Assembly: GCA_045539335.1 (NCBI GenBank)
Contig: JAZQFD010000007.1
Span: 18,986 to 82,985, forward strand
Reading direction: 5' to 3'
DNA length: 64,000 nucleotides
From: Eubacteriales bacterium
Lineage (GTDB): Bacteria; Bacillota; Clostridia; Oscillospirales; QAKW01
Shown here: positions 63,841-64,000 of the stretch, piece by piece
How the letters are laid out: each line of letters begins with the position of its first letter
Position numbering within the stretch: position 1 is the first letter of the stretch
Made by a program: the position numbers and the translations under genes
The notes under the pieces: model-generated
The model's input: only the letters and a program-made list of their open reading frames with translations
Told to the model about the DNA's origin: nothing
Database searches by the model: none

Positions 63841-64000
63841 GTCGGTTTTCCGATCCGGAATTAAAAACCTTTCGACTTCGCTATATCATTGTGGCGGCTT
63901 TGGCGGCGGCAGGAGGTTATTGGTTGGCTGATACGGCGGGGCTGATCTTTGGCCTGTATATCAGCGGAAGCTTTTTGTTGTTGGTTTTGATCCAAAACCG
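63837..64000 (+). CDS. Sensor histidine kinase, N-terminal part (runs off the window)
   Basis: The GTG overlaps the regulator stop (GTGA). An open frame with TM segments follows, in the usual position for the partner kinase. Confidence 0.6.
   Translation, partial: MSRFSDPELKTFRLRYIIVAALAAAGGYWLADTAGLIFGLYISGSFLLLVLIQN

Overview
The window reads as a chromosomal segment of a spore-forming anaerobic Firmicute, Clostridia-like. It carries spoVAC/AD/AE, a SpoVB-like flippase, YaaT/RicT, sortase B and ferredoxins. 60-nt spot counts give about 55-60% GC. I support about 57 protein genes and one tRNA-Ser(UGA).

Most genes are housekeeping:
- metY-metA
- queH
- feoAB
- sdaA
- thrS
- luxS-nagA
- a FecBCD/BtuFCD-type ABC importer
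- metF, a MetH activation-domain protein and metH
- mltG, a U32 peptidase and asnA
- a GH3 glucosidase
- a NitT/TauT-type ABC system
- femX-like and alr-like genes
- holB and yaaT
- a two-component system

Two AT-rich accessory insertions (27-38% GC in spot counts) stand out, and both are bounded by copies of the 3' end of a resident gene.
1. A 3.9-kb island at 16871-20787 carries a PocR-AraC regulator, a DMT transporter and a 634-aa unknown protein. It is flanked by ~205-bp direct repeats made of the last 27 codons of a GGGtGRT-family gene, its terminator and an older 45-bp remnant.
2. A cassette array at 48921-52300 has unrelated ORFs, mostly lipoproteins, separated by a reiterated ~240-bp junction module. 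The module is hairpin, then the last 39 codons of spoVAC, then a spacer, then TTTACA-N17-TATAAT, then an RBS. The displaced spoVAC ends differ from the live gene almost only at third codon positions.

No integrase, transposase or other recombinase is visible anywhere in the window. I regard this integrase-less, gene-3'-end-anchored cassette architecture as the most likely undescribed system here.

Other items worth a second look:
- the uncharacterised NifU-like/GGGtGRT gene pair
- a membrane Rossmann protein with an RyR-like domain, coupled to a free-standing RyR-domain protein
- an AraC-HTH::BNR-propeller fusion
- duplicated LamG-metallophosphoesterase modules
- a spoVA operon split over 37.5 kb

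All product calls come from motif and family recognition by eye. No database search or folding program was run.
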